The notes under the pieces are model-generated. The model was given only the letters and a program-made list of their open reading frames with translations, searched no databases and was not told the DNA's origin. A DNA stretch of 64,000 nucleotides from Camelus dromedarius (Eukaryota), in assembly GCF_036321535.1 (NCBI RefSeq), contig NC_087439.1, forward strand, positions 71,920,001 to 71,984,000, in the 5' to 3' direction. Position numbers and translations under genes: made by a program. Shown here in pieces: positions 63,599-64,000 of this stretch; position 1 is the first letter of the stretch; every line of letters starts with the position of its first letter.

Positions 63599-64000
63599 GT
63601 ATGTCCATATTCAAATACGAAAAGGGACCATAAAGTCTTGGTCTCTTCTAAGAGGTGTCATTGAATGGAATGCGTGGTTGACTGGAAAAGACCATGAGCA
63701 CCTCTCAGTAGACAGATGAGCTTTGTAGCTGTCGAAATCGGCCTGCTTCCTGAGGACAGTATGATTAAGACCATTTCACGTATGTATATAAGCTACAGGC
63801 CATCTCCCTGGTCTAGTACAGTGGTTCTCAACTGTAAGTGTTCATCAGTATTCCCTGAGGGGCTTTATAAAAAAAGAAATAAAAGAAAAGAAAGGCCACA
63901 TGCCTGGGTGTCTCCCCTAGACCACAGTCCAGGATCAGAAGCCTGGCCTAGTAGTCAGCAGGCCCGCTGAGTGACCCACGACTGGCCTGTGCCTTGATGT

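Overview
Mammalian genomic DNA, AT-rich and repeat-rich, with one 158-N gap. The tRNA-Ala(AGC)-derived SINEs and the absence of Alu, Bov-tA or PRE-1 point to a camelid (inference). The window holds the conserved AOX1-SGO2-KCTD18 block: the 5' part of AOX1 (minus strand, exons 1-5, 2Fe-2S domains), the complete SGO2 gene (minus, 8 coding exons, 4053 nt CDS = 1350 aa) and the 5' part of KCTD18 (plus, first three coding exons). Each gene has its own CpG-island promoter. I read all exon boundaries from the sequence, and splice phases join into continuous frames. Most notable: (1) a GT-AG U12-type minor intron in AOX1; (2) five ~99-aa tandem repeats in SGO2 exon 7, each with an intact R-K-T Aurora-B-type site, apparently one more repeat than human; (3) an intact ERV1-like solo LTR with a 4-bp TSD pointing toward SGO2; (4) a near-perfect 186-bp tandem duplication in a KCTD18 intron; (5) a closely spaced inverted SINE pair. 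I found no novel multi-gene system. Repeat family names come from recalled consensus sequences, and their boundaries are approximate unless a TSD or TIR is quoted.
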